Source: Acidimicrobiales bacterium (GTDB taxonomy: Bacteria > Actinomycetota > Acidimicrobiia > Acidimicrobiales > Bog-793). From it: a stretch of 64,000 nt of DNA. The translations under genes and the position numbers were made by a program. This document shows positions 56,443 through 64,000 of the stretch, one piece after another (the stretch's first letter is position 1; the number at the start of each line of letters is the position of its first letter). The stretch lies in the NCBI GenBank assembly GCA_049510975.1, contig JBEKYM010000001.1:82705-146704 (forward strand), read 5' to 3'. Below the pieces are notes generated by a model. It saw only the letters and a list, made by a program, of their open reading frames with translations, was not told where the DNA came from and ran no database searches.

Positions 56443-57591
56443 GTGACGATCCACCGCCACTATCTCGACCACGCCTCCACAACGCCGGTACGCCCGGAGG
56501 TGGGCGAGGCGGTGACACGATGGCTCGAACGTGCCACCAGTGCCGACGGCGTCGGTGACCCCGGCCGAGTTCACGAGGAGGGACGGCGTGCCCGCGCCCT
56601 CGTCGAGTCGGCCCGCGAGTCGGTTGCCGAATTCCTCGGGGCGGATCCTTCCCGAGTCGTCTTCACGAGCGGCGCCACGGAGGCTGCCAATACCGCTGTC
56701 TCGGGCGCTGCCGGCCTGCGGCCGGGCATGCCCCTCGTCAGTGCCGCCGTCGAGCACTCCTGTGTGCAGGCGGCCTGCCGGCGCTCGGGCGCCCTCGTCG
56801 GGCTTGCCGTCGATCACGCGGGGCGAGTGTCGGTCGAAGCACTGGAGGCGCTCCTCGACCGAGAGCGGGTGGCACTCGTGAATTGTCAGTTCGCCAACCA
56901 CGAGACCGGCAACCTGCAGCCGGTGGCCGAGGTCGTCAGCCTCTGCCGGGAGCGCGGCGTGCCCGTGCACTGCGATGCCGCCAGCGCAGTCGGCCACGTC
57001 CCGCTGTCGTTCCGCGATCTCGGCGCGGACCTCATGTCCGTGAGCGCTCACAAGTTCGGCGGGCCGCCCGGCATCGGGGCCCTGGTTGTGCGACGCGGGT
57101 TCCGCCTCACCCCCCTTCTCGTCGGAGGTTCGGAGGAGCGTGCGCGCCGGGCCGGCGCCGAGAACGTCCTCGGCATCGTCGGTTTCGCGGCGGCGTGCGA
57201 GGCACTCGGCGGCGGGCTGCTTGAAGCAGGGGCCGCAACCTCGATGGAGCAGACTCGTCGACTGCGTGCAGCGGCCCTGGCGGTTCCCGGCGTCGAGTGC
57301 CTCAGCGACGACAGCAGGCGCCTGCCCCACATCGTCTGTCTCAGCGTCGGCGGCGTTCTCGGCGAGGCCGTGCTGCTCTCTCTCGACCAAGCCGGCGTTG
57401 CGGCCCACTCGGGCTCTGCGTGCTCGTCAGAAGTGCTCGAGCCCTCTCCGGTGCTCGCTGCGATGGGCGCCGACCCCGACCGGTCGCTGAGGCTCTCCGT
57501 CGGCTGGTCGACGACCGATGATGACGTGGACGCCTTCGCGGAGTCGTTCGGCCCAGCCGTAGCTCGGCTACGGTCGCTCGCCGCCGAGTAG
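56443..57591 (+). CDS. Cysteine desulfurase (class V aminotransferase, NifS/IscS-like)
   Basis: LDHASTTP N-terminus, the PLP lysine motif SAHKFGGPPGIG, and the active-site loop HSGSACSS. GTG start 19 nt after the regulator stop. Confidence 0.88.
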   Translation: MTIHRHYLDHASTTPVRPEVGEAVTRWLERATSADGVGDPGRVHEEGRRARALVESARESVAEFLGADPSRVVFTSGATEAANTAVSGAAGLRPGMPLVSAAVEHSCVQAACRRSGALVGLAVDHAGRVSVEALEALLDRERVALVNCQFANHETGNLQPVAEVVSLCRERGVPVHCDAASAVGHVPLSFRDLGADLMSVSAHKFGGPPGIGALVVRRGFRLTPLLVGGSEERARRAGAENVLGIVGFAAACEALGGGLLEAGAATSMEQTRRLRAAALAVPGVECLSDDSRRLPHIVCLSVGGVLGEAVLLSLDQAGVAAHSGSACSSEVLEPSPVLAAMGADPDRSLRLSVGWSTTDDDVDAFAESFGPAVARLRSLAAE

Positions 57592-57611
57592 AGCCCAGCA
57601 CCAGGTTCCGC

Positions 57612-58397
57612 CTACCAGGTCAGCCCGAGAACCTCTCGCATCGTGGCCTCAAAACTGGCGTCGTCCAGCGACCGGCGAGTCGCGAGTACGAGCTCTGCAT
57701 CGGCGCCAACCTCCACGCGAAGCGGTGTCTCCGGCTGCTCGATGGCATCGGCAATGACCCTGGCGACCGTCTCCGGGCCGGGGCGGCCCTGCGGGTTGAG
57801 CACTGAGTCGTTGTTGGACCACTGGCGGCGGAGCTCGTCGTAGACGGGTGGGCCTTCGAAGCCGCTGCTTGGCTTCATGCCAGGGGCGATGTAACCGGGC
57901 TCGACGATGACGATGCGGATGCCAAAGTGTCCGACTTCGAAATGGAGGGACTCGGAAAGGGCTTCCAGGGCATGTTTGGTGGCGGCGTACGGACCTTCGA
58001 GAGGAGTCGCCACTTTGCCCTGCACGGAGCTCACGTTCACGATGACGCCGCTGCCGCGTCGGCGCCAGCTCGGCAGAACCGCCTGCATGAGCCGCAATGG
58101 GCCGAGGGTGTTCGTCTCGAGCATCTCTCGCATCGTCGTCATCGGGAAGGACTCGAGCGGACCCTCGTGGGCGATGGCGGCGTTGTTGACGACGGCATCG
58201 AGCTCGCCGGCGGCCGCGACGGCGGCGGCGACGGATTCGTCGTCGCAGACGTCGAGAGCCAGCGCCATCTTGGCGGGCAGATCCCCCAGGATGCCGGGAT
58301 CGCGAGCCGTCGCCACGACTTCGTGGCCGCGAGCGGCCAGCTCCATCACTGTGGCCGCACCGATCGCCCGTCCAGCACCCGTCACGAGCACCCGCAT
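57612..58397 (-). CDS. Short-chain dehydrogenase/reductase (SDR)
   Basis: MRVLVTGAGRAIGAA, NNAA, and YAATKHA catalytic motifs. The start was set at ATG 58397, and the long upstream extension is an artefact. Confidence 0.85.
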   Translation of the reverse strand: MRVLVTGAGRAIGAATVMELAARGHEVVATARDPGILGDLPAKMALALDVCDDESVAAAVAAAGELDAVVNNAAIAHEGPLESFPMTTMREMLETNTLGPLRLMQAVLPSWRRRGSGVIVNVSSVQGKVATPLEGPYAATKHALEALSESLHFEVGHFGIRIVIVEPGYIAPGMKPSSGFEGPPVYDELRRQWSNNDSVLNPQGRPGPETVARVIADAIEQPETPLRVEVGADAELVLATRRSLDDASFEATMREVLGLTW

Positions 58398-58507
58398 CGA
58401 TGTCCCCTTTGTGTCGTCTGCCCGAAGCCTGCCAACCAGGCGTCCGAAGTCTGCCAGTCGGCTGGGGCCCGGGGTCTGCGCTTCAACTGGCGCCCTGAGT
58501 CTGGCGG

Positions 58508-59380
58508 TCAGGCGCCCGAAGTCGTCGTAGGCGCCGTAGTCGTGGTCGTCGCCGGCTTGGCCGCCAAGATCGCCGGCAAGCTGACGCCAGCAGCACGATA
58601 GGCGGCCCGAGCCGTCACGCCGATCGAGTTCAGCAGCGTCGTCGACGGATGGTCGGCGAGCATCTGGCGGAATTGCTCGACGGCGGCGCCCGACTTGTGG
58701 TCGTCCTCGTACAGCGCCACACCGTCGTAGGCCCTCGCAAGCGCATAGGAGGGCGCAGCGCGCACGGCGGCGGCGATCTCTTGGTCGCCACCGGAGATCA
58801 CACGGGCGTTCTTCGAGGACAGGCCGGCGAGCCGGGTCAGCCAGCCGCCATCGGCAAGCGCCTCGGGTTGCTGCGGGTCGATCTCGAGGACGCGGTCGTA
58901 GACGGCGATGGCTTGCACCAGCTCCCGATTCGAAGCAAGCACACCTGCCTCCGCCAACTCGATCCGGATCTGGGTCGCAACCGAGAGCGTGGTGGGTGGC
59001 GAGCTCGAAAATGGCGCAACTCCGCCGAGAGAGAGCCCGACGAGAAGCGCCGCCAGTGCGAACGACACGAGCGCGGACCATCCGAGCACCAACCGGGAAC
59101 GTGGGGTGGCCAACCTCCGGGCTCTGCCTCGCCGAGCGGCCCGGGCGGCGACGGGCGCCTCGGAGCCGGGAGCCGAAGCGCTGTCGCTCAGCTGGTCGAG
59201 GGCGTCGCCGAGCTCACGAGCGCGCTCGGCGTAGCGAGCGTGCAACGCCTCGTAGTCGGTGCCGTCGAGCTCGCCGGCGGCGCGCTCACGGTCGAGATCC
59301 TCGATCGATCGCTGCACGTACTCTGCCTCGTCGAGAAGCTCCTGGCGGGAGACCGCCGGCTTGTTGGGCACGCGGCTCAC
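58508..59380 (-). CDS. TPR-containing cytochrome c biogenesis accessory protein (CcmI / CcmH C-terminal module-like)
   Basis: The GTG 59380 start overlaps the ccmH stop (GTGA). It has an N-terminal coiled region, one TM helix (LVLGWSALVSFALAALLVGL), and TPR-like repeats (AIAVYDRVLEIDPQQPEAL). Confidence 0.6.
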   Translation of the reverse strand: MSRVPNKPAVSRQELLDEAEYVQRSIEDLDRERAAGELDGTDYEALHARYAERARELGDALDQLSDSASAPGSEAPVAARAARRGRARRLATPRSRLVLGWSALVSFALAALLVGLSLGGVAPFSSSPPTTLSVATQIRIELAEAGVLASNRELVQAIAVYDRVLEIDPQQPEALADGGWLTRLAGLSSKNARVISGGDQEIAAAVRAAPSYALARAYDGVALYEDDHKSGAAVEQFRQMLADHPSTTLLNSIGVTARAAYRAAGVSLPAILAAKPATTTTTAPTTTSGA

Positions 59381-59805
59381 CCGACGGCGGCGCGAGCCGC
59401 CGTCGAACGTCGCTGACGGCGCCAGAGAAAGACGGCGAGGAGAACGACAGCGATCCCGATGGCGCCGAGCGGGATGAAGTAGAGGGCGGCGTCGATGCCG
59501 GAGGCAGCGGGCAGCAGCAGGCCGCCGGGCCCGTAGCGAGCGACAACCGCCTGCTCGATCCGTCGGTCGCTCCACCCGGCATGAACCCAGGTGGCCACGT
59601 CGTTTCGGAGCGTCACCGAGGTGGGGGCGTCGGACTGGGCGATGGAGAGATCTTCGCAAGCAGGGCATTTGATGATGCTGTCCAGGCGGGAGATGCGCGC
59701 CTCGGCGGAGCTGACCGACGGCGTGATGCTGCCGATCACGAGCAATACGACGGCGATCACGAGCAGCAGGGCCCAAGCGACACGAGAGCTGAGGAGCTTG
59801 GTCAC
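59377..59805 (-). CDS. ccmH: Cytochrome c-type biogenesis protein CcmH
   Basis: IKCPACEDLSIAQSDAP (the LRCxxC-type motif) between two TM helices. The GTG 59805 start overlaps the ccmG stop. Confidence 0.75.
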   Translation of the reverse strand: MTKLLSSRVAWALLLVIAVVLLVIGSITPSVSSAEARISRLDSIIKCPACEDLSIAQSDAPTSVTLRNDVATWVHAGWSDRRIEQAVVARYGPGGLLLPAASGIDAALYFIPLGAIGIAVVLLAVFLWRRQRRSTAARAAVG

Positions 59806-60353
59806 GCGCCTCTCGCTTGCTCCTGCTCGATCCAGCTCACGAGATCGCTCGACGTCACCGCCCCGTCGATCGAGGCCACCACACGACCGGCGGGGTTGAC
59901 GAGGTATGACCGGGGCAGCGATCCCACTCCGTAGCTCTCTGCGATGGCACCGTCGTCGTCCACGACAGATGGCCACGTGGCACCCTCGGAGGCCTGGAAA
60001 GCCTTGCCGTTTCCCTCCGTGTCCCCGTACAGCACCCCGAGCACTTGGGTACGCGAACCACCGGGATGGGCGTAGAGGAACTGTTCCAGTTGGGGTTCCT
60101 CCTGACGGCAGGCATCGCACCAGGAGGCAAAGAAGTTCACGAGAACCCAACGGCCCCGCATCGAGGCCAGCGAAACCGTCGCTCCGTCGAAGCTCTTGGC
60201 CACGATGGACGGGGCGGGTTTCCCGACGAGCGGGCTACGTGCGATGACCATGTTCGCCGGCGGCCGCGTCGCCAGCACCGCCACGAGGCAGACGGCGACC
60301 ACGCCGACCATGAGCGCCGACCAGCGGGCCGCCCGGAATCGCCGCCGGTTCAC
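59802..60353 (-). CDS. ccmG: Thiol:disulfide oxidoreductase CcmG/DsbE (TlpA/ResA family)
   Basis: N-terminal anchor and the FFASWCDACRQE thioredoxin-like CxxC motif. 183 aa, coupled to ccmF and ccmH. Confidence 0.8.
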   Translation of the reverse strand: MNRRRFRAARWSALMVGVVAVCLVAVLATRPPANMVIARSPLVGKPAPSIVAKSFDGATVSLASMRGRWVLVNFFASWCDACRQEEPQLEQFLYAHPGGSRTQVLGVLYGDTEGNGKAFQASEGATWPSVVDDDGAIAESYGVGSLPRSYLVNPAGRVVASIDGAVTSSDLVSWIEQEQARGA

Positions 60354-62419
60354 TCGCCCACTCCCACCGGCAGCCGCTCGGGTCGCTGATCGCTTGAGGC
60401 CCCAGGAGCAGACGGGTTGTCGGAACGGCCGCCCGCTGGCGCCGCTCCTGCGAGCTCGGCCTGTTCAAGCTCGGCCGATGCGCCTCCCCTCGAAGACCGC
60501 CTCCTGCGACCGGAGGGGATGGCGGCCAGCAGCGCCCCGAAGGCCGTGAGGACCCCGCCGACCCACAGCCACAGCACCATCGGCTGATCCACGACTCCGA
60601 TGGAGGCGGCACCCTTGCCAGTGCTCGAGACCGAGCCGATCGTCAGGTAGATGTCGCGGCGCCAGGACGAGTCCACCGCCGGCGTGGCGATGCCGTCATA
60701 GCCCGTGTAGTTGCTGATGGCGGGGTGGAAGGCCGCACCGTCGACATCGACCACGCCGACGATGCCGGTGCGGTTCGGCTGGGTGAACGGGGAGGCCCCT
60801 TCATAGGTGATCCGTTGGCCCTCGTAGGTGACCGACTGCCCGACGGCGAGCTCGAACGTCGCTCGGTGGCCATAGGTGGTGGCTGCGGCCAGAGCCACGG
60901 CGACGACTACAACCCCGAGGTGCACGATCATGCCGCCATTCGATCGTCCAACGAACGCTCGCCACCAGGAGGACCCGCCACGGTGTGCAGCCAGCGAGGC
61001 GAGCACGAGCTGGCGGATGGCTGAGGCACCCGCCACCGAAGCCATGCCGAAAGCCGCCAGCGGTGTGAGACCGCGGACGCCGAAGGCGACGCACACGCCC
61101 ACGACGAGGACTCCGGCCCAGGCGGGCAGCGCCAGCCGGGATCGCAGGATCCCCGGTCCCGCCTTGCGCCACGGCAGCACAGGCGCCACCGCCATGAAGA
61201 ACAAGAGGGCGAAGCCGATGGGGACCGTCATCGAGTCGAAGTAGGGAGTCCCGACGGTGATCTCCTGGTTGTTGAGCGCCTGCACGAACAGCGGAAACAC
61301 GGTGCCGATGAGCACCACGAGAGCAAACGCCGCAAACAGCAGATTGTTGACGAGGAAGGCGCCTTCGCGCGACACGGGCGAGTCGATCGAGCCCGGCGAC
61401 CGCAAGCGGTCGCCTCGCCAGTAGATGAGGCCGACGCCGGTCGCCACGACCGCACCGAAGAAACCCAGCAACGCGGGCCCGATCGACGACGAGTCCGAGA
61501 ACGCGTGCACCGACACGAGCACGCCCGAACGGGTGAGGAACGTCCCGAGGATCGTCAAGGAGTAGGCGGCGATCAGCAGCGACAGGTTCCAGACCCGCAA
61601 CAGTCCTCGCCGTTCCTGCACCATGACCGAGTGCAGGTAGGCGGTGGCACACAACCACGGCAGGAGGGCGGCGTTCTCGACCGGATCCCACGCCCAGAAG
61701 CCGCCCCAGCCGAGGACCTGGTAGGACCACCACGCTCCGAGCACGATGCCGACCGTGAGAAACGCCCAGGCGAACAGCGTGTAGCGCCGGGTGGCAACGA
61801 GCCAGCCCTCCCCGAGCCGGCCGGTCACGAGGGCAGCGATCGCAAAGGCGAACGGGACCGTGAACCCGACGAAGCCGAGATAGAGGAAGACCGGGTGGAA
61901 GGCGATGAGGACGTTGTCCTGCAGGAGGGCATTCGGTCCCAGCCCTGTCGTCGGCGCTGAGCCGGAGATGGTGACGAACGGGTTCGCCGGCCCGGCCATG
62001 AGACCGAAGAAGAACGCCGCCACGACGAGGCAGACGAGCAGGGCCCACGCAACGAGCGGGTCCGAGGCACGCGAACGGAACCGGTGGGCGATGACCGAGA
62101 TGTAACCGGCGAGCACGAGTGCCCACAGCAGGATCGACCCCTGGAGCGCCGCCCACATGCCCGTGATCGAGTAGAGCAATGGCGTGACGCGGGCGTTGTT
62201 GTCGGCGACGTAGGCGAGGGTGAAGTCGTGGGTGATCAGGGCGTGCTGCATGGCCGCCGTCGCCAAGAGGGCGCCTGCGAGCACACCCCAGGCCGCCCGA
62301 GGGGCGGCCGACAGCCACCCCGGACGGCCCTTGGCGAGGCCCATTCCGATGACGACGACGCCGCACACCGCCGAGACGAGGCCGAGAGCGACCCCGATCT
62401 GGCCGAGGACTGCGTTCAC
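60350..62419 (-). CDS. ccmF: Cytochrome c heme lyase subunit CcmF
   Basis: WGGFWAWDPVENAAL tryptophan-rich motif and many TM helices. The start was reset to GTG 62419, overlapping the ccmE stop. About 689 aa. Confidence 0.88.
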   Translation of the reverse strand: MNAVLGQIGVALGLVSAVCGVVVIGMGLAKGRPGWLSAAPRAAWGVLAGALLATAAMQHALITHDFTLAYVADNNARVTPLLYSITGMWAALQGSILLWALVLAGYISVIAHRFRSRASDPLVAWALLVCLVVAAFFFGLMAGPANPFVTISGSAPTTGLGPNALLQDNVLIAFHPVFLYLGFVGFTVPFAFAIAALVTGRLGEGWLVATRRYTLFAWAFLTVGIVLGAWWSYQVLGWGGFWAWDPVENAALLPWLCATAYLHSVMVQERRGLLRVWNLSLLIAAYSLTILGTFLTRSGVLVSVHAFSDSSSIGPALLGFFGAVVATGVGLIYWRGDRLRSPGSIDSPVSREGAFLVNNLLFAAFALVVLIGTVFPLFVQALNNQEITVGTPYFDSMTVPIGFALLFFMAVAPVLPWRKAGPGILRSRLALPAWAGVLVVGVCVAFGVRGLTPLAAFGMASVAGASAIRQLVLASLAAHRGGSSWWRAFVGRSNGGMIVHLGVVVVAVALAAATTYGHRATFELAVGQSVTYEGQRITYEGASPFTQPNRTGIVGVVDVDGAAFHPAISNYTGYDGIATPAVDSSWRRDIYLTIGSVSSTGKGAASIGVVDQPMVLWLWVGGVLTAFGALLAAIPSGRRRRSSRGGASAELEQAELAGAAPAGGRSDNPSAPGASSDQRPERLPVGVGE

Positions 62420-62967
62420 GGGCTGGAGCCGGTGGCGGGCTTCACGCGGTTGGGGTGTTCCGCGATGTACTGGGCGGAGTGCTTCACCATGATCTCGTTC
62501 GAAGAGAAGAGATTGCTGGCGCCGACGAAATGGCCAACGACCACGACTGGCAGCCCCGGTCGGAACATCTGCGGCGGATCGCCGGCGTTCTCGACGTTCA
62601 CGGTGACGCCGGAGGACTCGAGGGCGAAGCGATAGACGTCGCCGCTCAGGTGGTGGACGCTCCCGTTCACGACCGTCCCCTCCAGCTGGAAAGCGGAGTT
62701 GCCGAGGGTGGAGCGCTGGGCGATCGCCTCGTTGGCCGTCTTGAAGAAGACGACGGCGGAGGTCAACCCTTTGAAGACGAGAAACCCGATCGCCGCCAAG
62801 ATGACGGCCCCGACCACCCACATCCGCCGGCGCTGGCCGCGGCTCGCCTGCGGGCGCCGGCGTGGTGGCGCCGGCGCCACGCTGGCGAGCGCTGCATCCA
62901 GCGATCCGGCGTCGACCGACTCGTCGTCCGGGGTCGACAGAGGCGCCGAATGCGTGTCAAGGCTCAT
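62416..62967 (-). CDS. ccmE: Cytochrome c maturation heme chaperone CcmE
   Basis: TM anchor, OB-fold region (FQLEGTVVNGSV...FRPGLPVVVVGHF), and the heme-binding HxxxY motif (VKHSAQY). It has an N-terminal extension of about 45 aa. Confidence 0.82.
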   Translation of the reverse strand: MSLDTHSAPLSTPDDESVDAGSLDAALASVAPAPPRRRPQASRGQRRRMWVVGAVILAAIGFLVFKGLTSAVVFFKTANEAIAQRSTLGNSAFQLEGTVVNGSVHHLSGDVYRFALESSGVTVNVENAGDPPQMFRPGLPVVVVGHFVGASNLFSSNEIMVKHSAQYIAEHPNRVKPATGSSP

Positions 62968-63143
62968 GACTGCTCAGCCGGCTCGCTCGCGGGCGACGGC
63001 GGCGGCTGCGCCGGAGGCCCGGCTTGAGGGCGAGCCTGCGGTAGCCGGCCACGGACGGACCGCTCGCGACGCACCAGGCTGAGCGCGTAGGAGCCGAGCG
63101 CGCCGAGGGCGATGACGTAGCCCGCCTCGATGTAACCGCTCAT
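62964..63143 (-). CDS. ccmD: Heme exporter protein CcmD
   Basis: A small single-TM protein (MSGYIEAGYVIALGALGSYALSLVRRE) between ccmC and ccmE, with ATGA overlaps on both sides and a Pro-rich tail. Confidence 0.6.
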   Translation of the reverse strand: MSGYIEAGYVIALGALGSYALSLVRRERSVRGRLPQARPQAGPPAQPPPSPASEPAEQS

Positions 63144-63862
63144 CGGACCGCCTCGGCCCAGCGCTCTGCGAGGGCGGTTTCGAGACCTTGGTCGTCTTCG
63201 AGGTCCTTCAAAGCGGCCAGGCGATACCGGTGCGCCATCAGCCAGACGTACGTGAGCGTGAACGACACGAAGCCGAGCAGCAACGTCCATGCCATCGACC
63301 CATGGACGTAACTGTGCCGGGTGGCGAGGTCGATCGTCGGCCCCTGATGGAGGCTGCGCCACCACGAGACGGCAAAGAAGACGATTGGGACGTCGAGAAA
63401 GGCAACGAGGCCGGCGATGGCCGATCTCCGGGCGACCGTCTCCGGATCACCGGGAACGTTGCGGATCGCCAGGTAGCCGAGGTAGAGCACGAAGAGCAGC
63501 GCCGTCGTGGTGAGGAGCGGATCCCATGCCCACCAGACGCCCCAGGTGCTCCGGCCCCAGATCGAGCCGGTCACGAGCGTGAGGCCGGTGAAGATGACGC
63601 CGACCTCGGCAGATGCCCCCGCCAGGCGGTCGAAGCGACGATGGCGCGTCCTCGGCCACAGGTAGAGGAGGCTCGACAGGGTCGCCATGCCGTAGGCGAT
63701 GAACATCACCCAGGCGAGCGGCGGGTGAATGTAGAGCAGGCGCACGGTCCCATCGGCGAAGCCAACCGCGTTGGGTGTGACGAACAGTCCGAGCCATACC
63801 GTCGCGACCATGCCGGCCAGCGCCGCCACGCCGAGCGCCCGCAAGGCGCGATCTGTTCTCAT
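63140..63862 (-). CDS. ccmC: Heme exporter protein CcmC
   Basis: WGVWWAWDPLLTT tryptophan-rich motif and six TM helices. 240 aa. Confidence 0.88.
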   Translation of the reverse strand: MRTDRALRALGVAALAGMVATVWLGLFVTPNAVGFADGTVRLLYIHPPLAWVMFIAYGMATLSSLLYLWPRTRHRRFDRLAGASAEVGVIFTGLTLVTGSIWGRSTWGVWWAWDPLLTTTALLFVLYLGYLAIRNVPGDPETVARRSAIAGLVAFLDVPIVFFAVSWWRSLHQGPTIDLATRHSYVHGSMAWTLLLGFVSFTLTYVWLMAHRYRLAALKDLEDDQGLETALAERWAEAVR

Positions 63863-64000
63863 GCGTCCTCCAGCAGCGGTCCGAAGGCGACCGTCCCGAC
63901 GGCGACGTAGAGGACGGCGAACACCGCAAGCAGTGAGAGCCAGACACCGGCATGAGTCGGGTCACCCGCAAGAGCATCGTCCCAGGCCTTCGTCGCACCG
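63859..64000 (-). CDS. ccmB: Heme exporter permease CcmB, C-terminal fragment (gene runs off the right edge of the window)
   Basis: My own translation of the minus strand gives ...KAWDDALAGDPTHAGVWLSLLAVFAVLYVAVGTVAFGPLLEDA, and its TGA stop overlaps the ccmC ATG (ATGA). The position and hydrophobic C-terminus fit CcmB. It is absent from the ORF track because no start lies in the window. Confidence 0.55.
   Translation of the reverse strand, partial: GATKAWDDALAGDPTHAGVWLSLLAVFAVLYVAVGTVAFGPLLEDA

Noticed and set aside
63447-63998. 183-aa minus-strand ORF spanning the ccmC/ccmB junction.
   Set aside because: It is out of frame with both ccmC (clear WWAWDP motif) and the ccmB C-terminus, and its composition is Arg/Pro/Gly-rich.

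Overview
The window is very GC-rich (not computed exactly) and its gene content is clearly actinobacterial: WhiB, a PdtaS-type kinase, F420 genes cofD/cofE, the DUF3107 plus paired ArsA-like ATPases, and AccA3/BirA synteny. Nearly all of it is densely packed core metabolism and cell-envelope genes, and many neighbours share ATGA/GTGA/TGATG stop-start overlaps. Main blocks: (1) pmm (partial), a CPBP protease and ftsH; (2) a GT2-polytopic membrane protein with a DUF5719-like partner; (3) a roughly 12-gene minus-strand rhamnose/mannose glycan operon (rfbB-rmlD-wbbL-like, Thr/Ser-rich protein, manC-like, epimerase, cofD, cofE, three GT4 enzymes, epimerase); (4) birA divergent from an acyl-CoA carboxylase alpha subunit, then an M20 hydrolase, Nudix and a split acyl-CoA mutase large subunit; (5) a DUF559/AbiEi-like gene bracketed by two copies of a 50-bp palindromic element; (6) a rhodanese-ThiF protein, metH, thioredoxin-TPR, folP, holA, IMPase and ppa; (7) an MBOAT plus SGNH O-acylation pair, etfBA, GDPD and whiB; (8) an ECF sigma with a membrane partner, pdtaS, PHP phosphatase, O-methyltransferase, two ArsA-like ATPases, DUF3107 and dgt; (9) an Fe-S mini-locus (mrp divergent from a SufR-like regulator plus cysteine desulfurase); (10) a complete System I cytochrome c maturation operon, ccmB (partial) CDEFGH plus a TPR CcmI-like gene. 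I found no clear defence island, prophage, CRISPR array, or rRNA/tRNA gene. The most unusual items are three unrelated families of near-identical intergenic hairpin repeats, one of which brackets the DUF559 gene, plus several atypical architectures: an N-terminal rhodanese on a MoeZ-like enzyme, stand-alone CofE, System I Ccm in an actinobacterial context, and coding minisatellites. Many long ORFs in the supplied track are antisense or out-of-frame GC artefacts. Starts were re-set using homology-consistent N-termini and stop-start coupling, so they carry some uncertainty.
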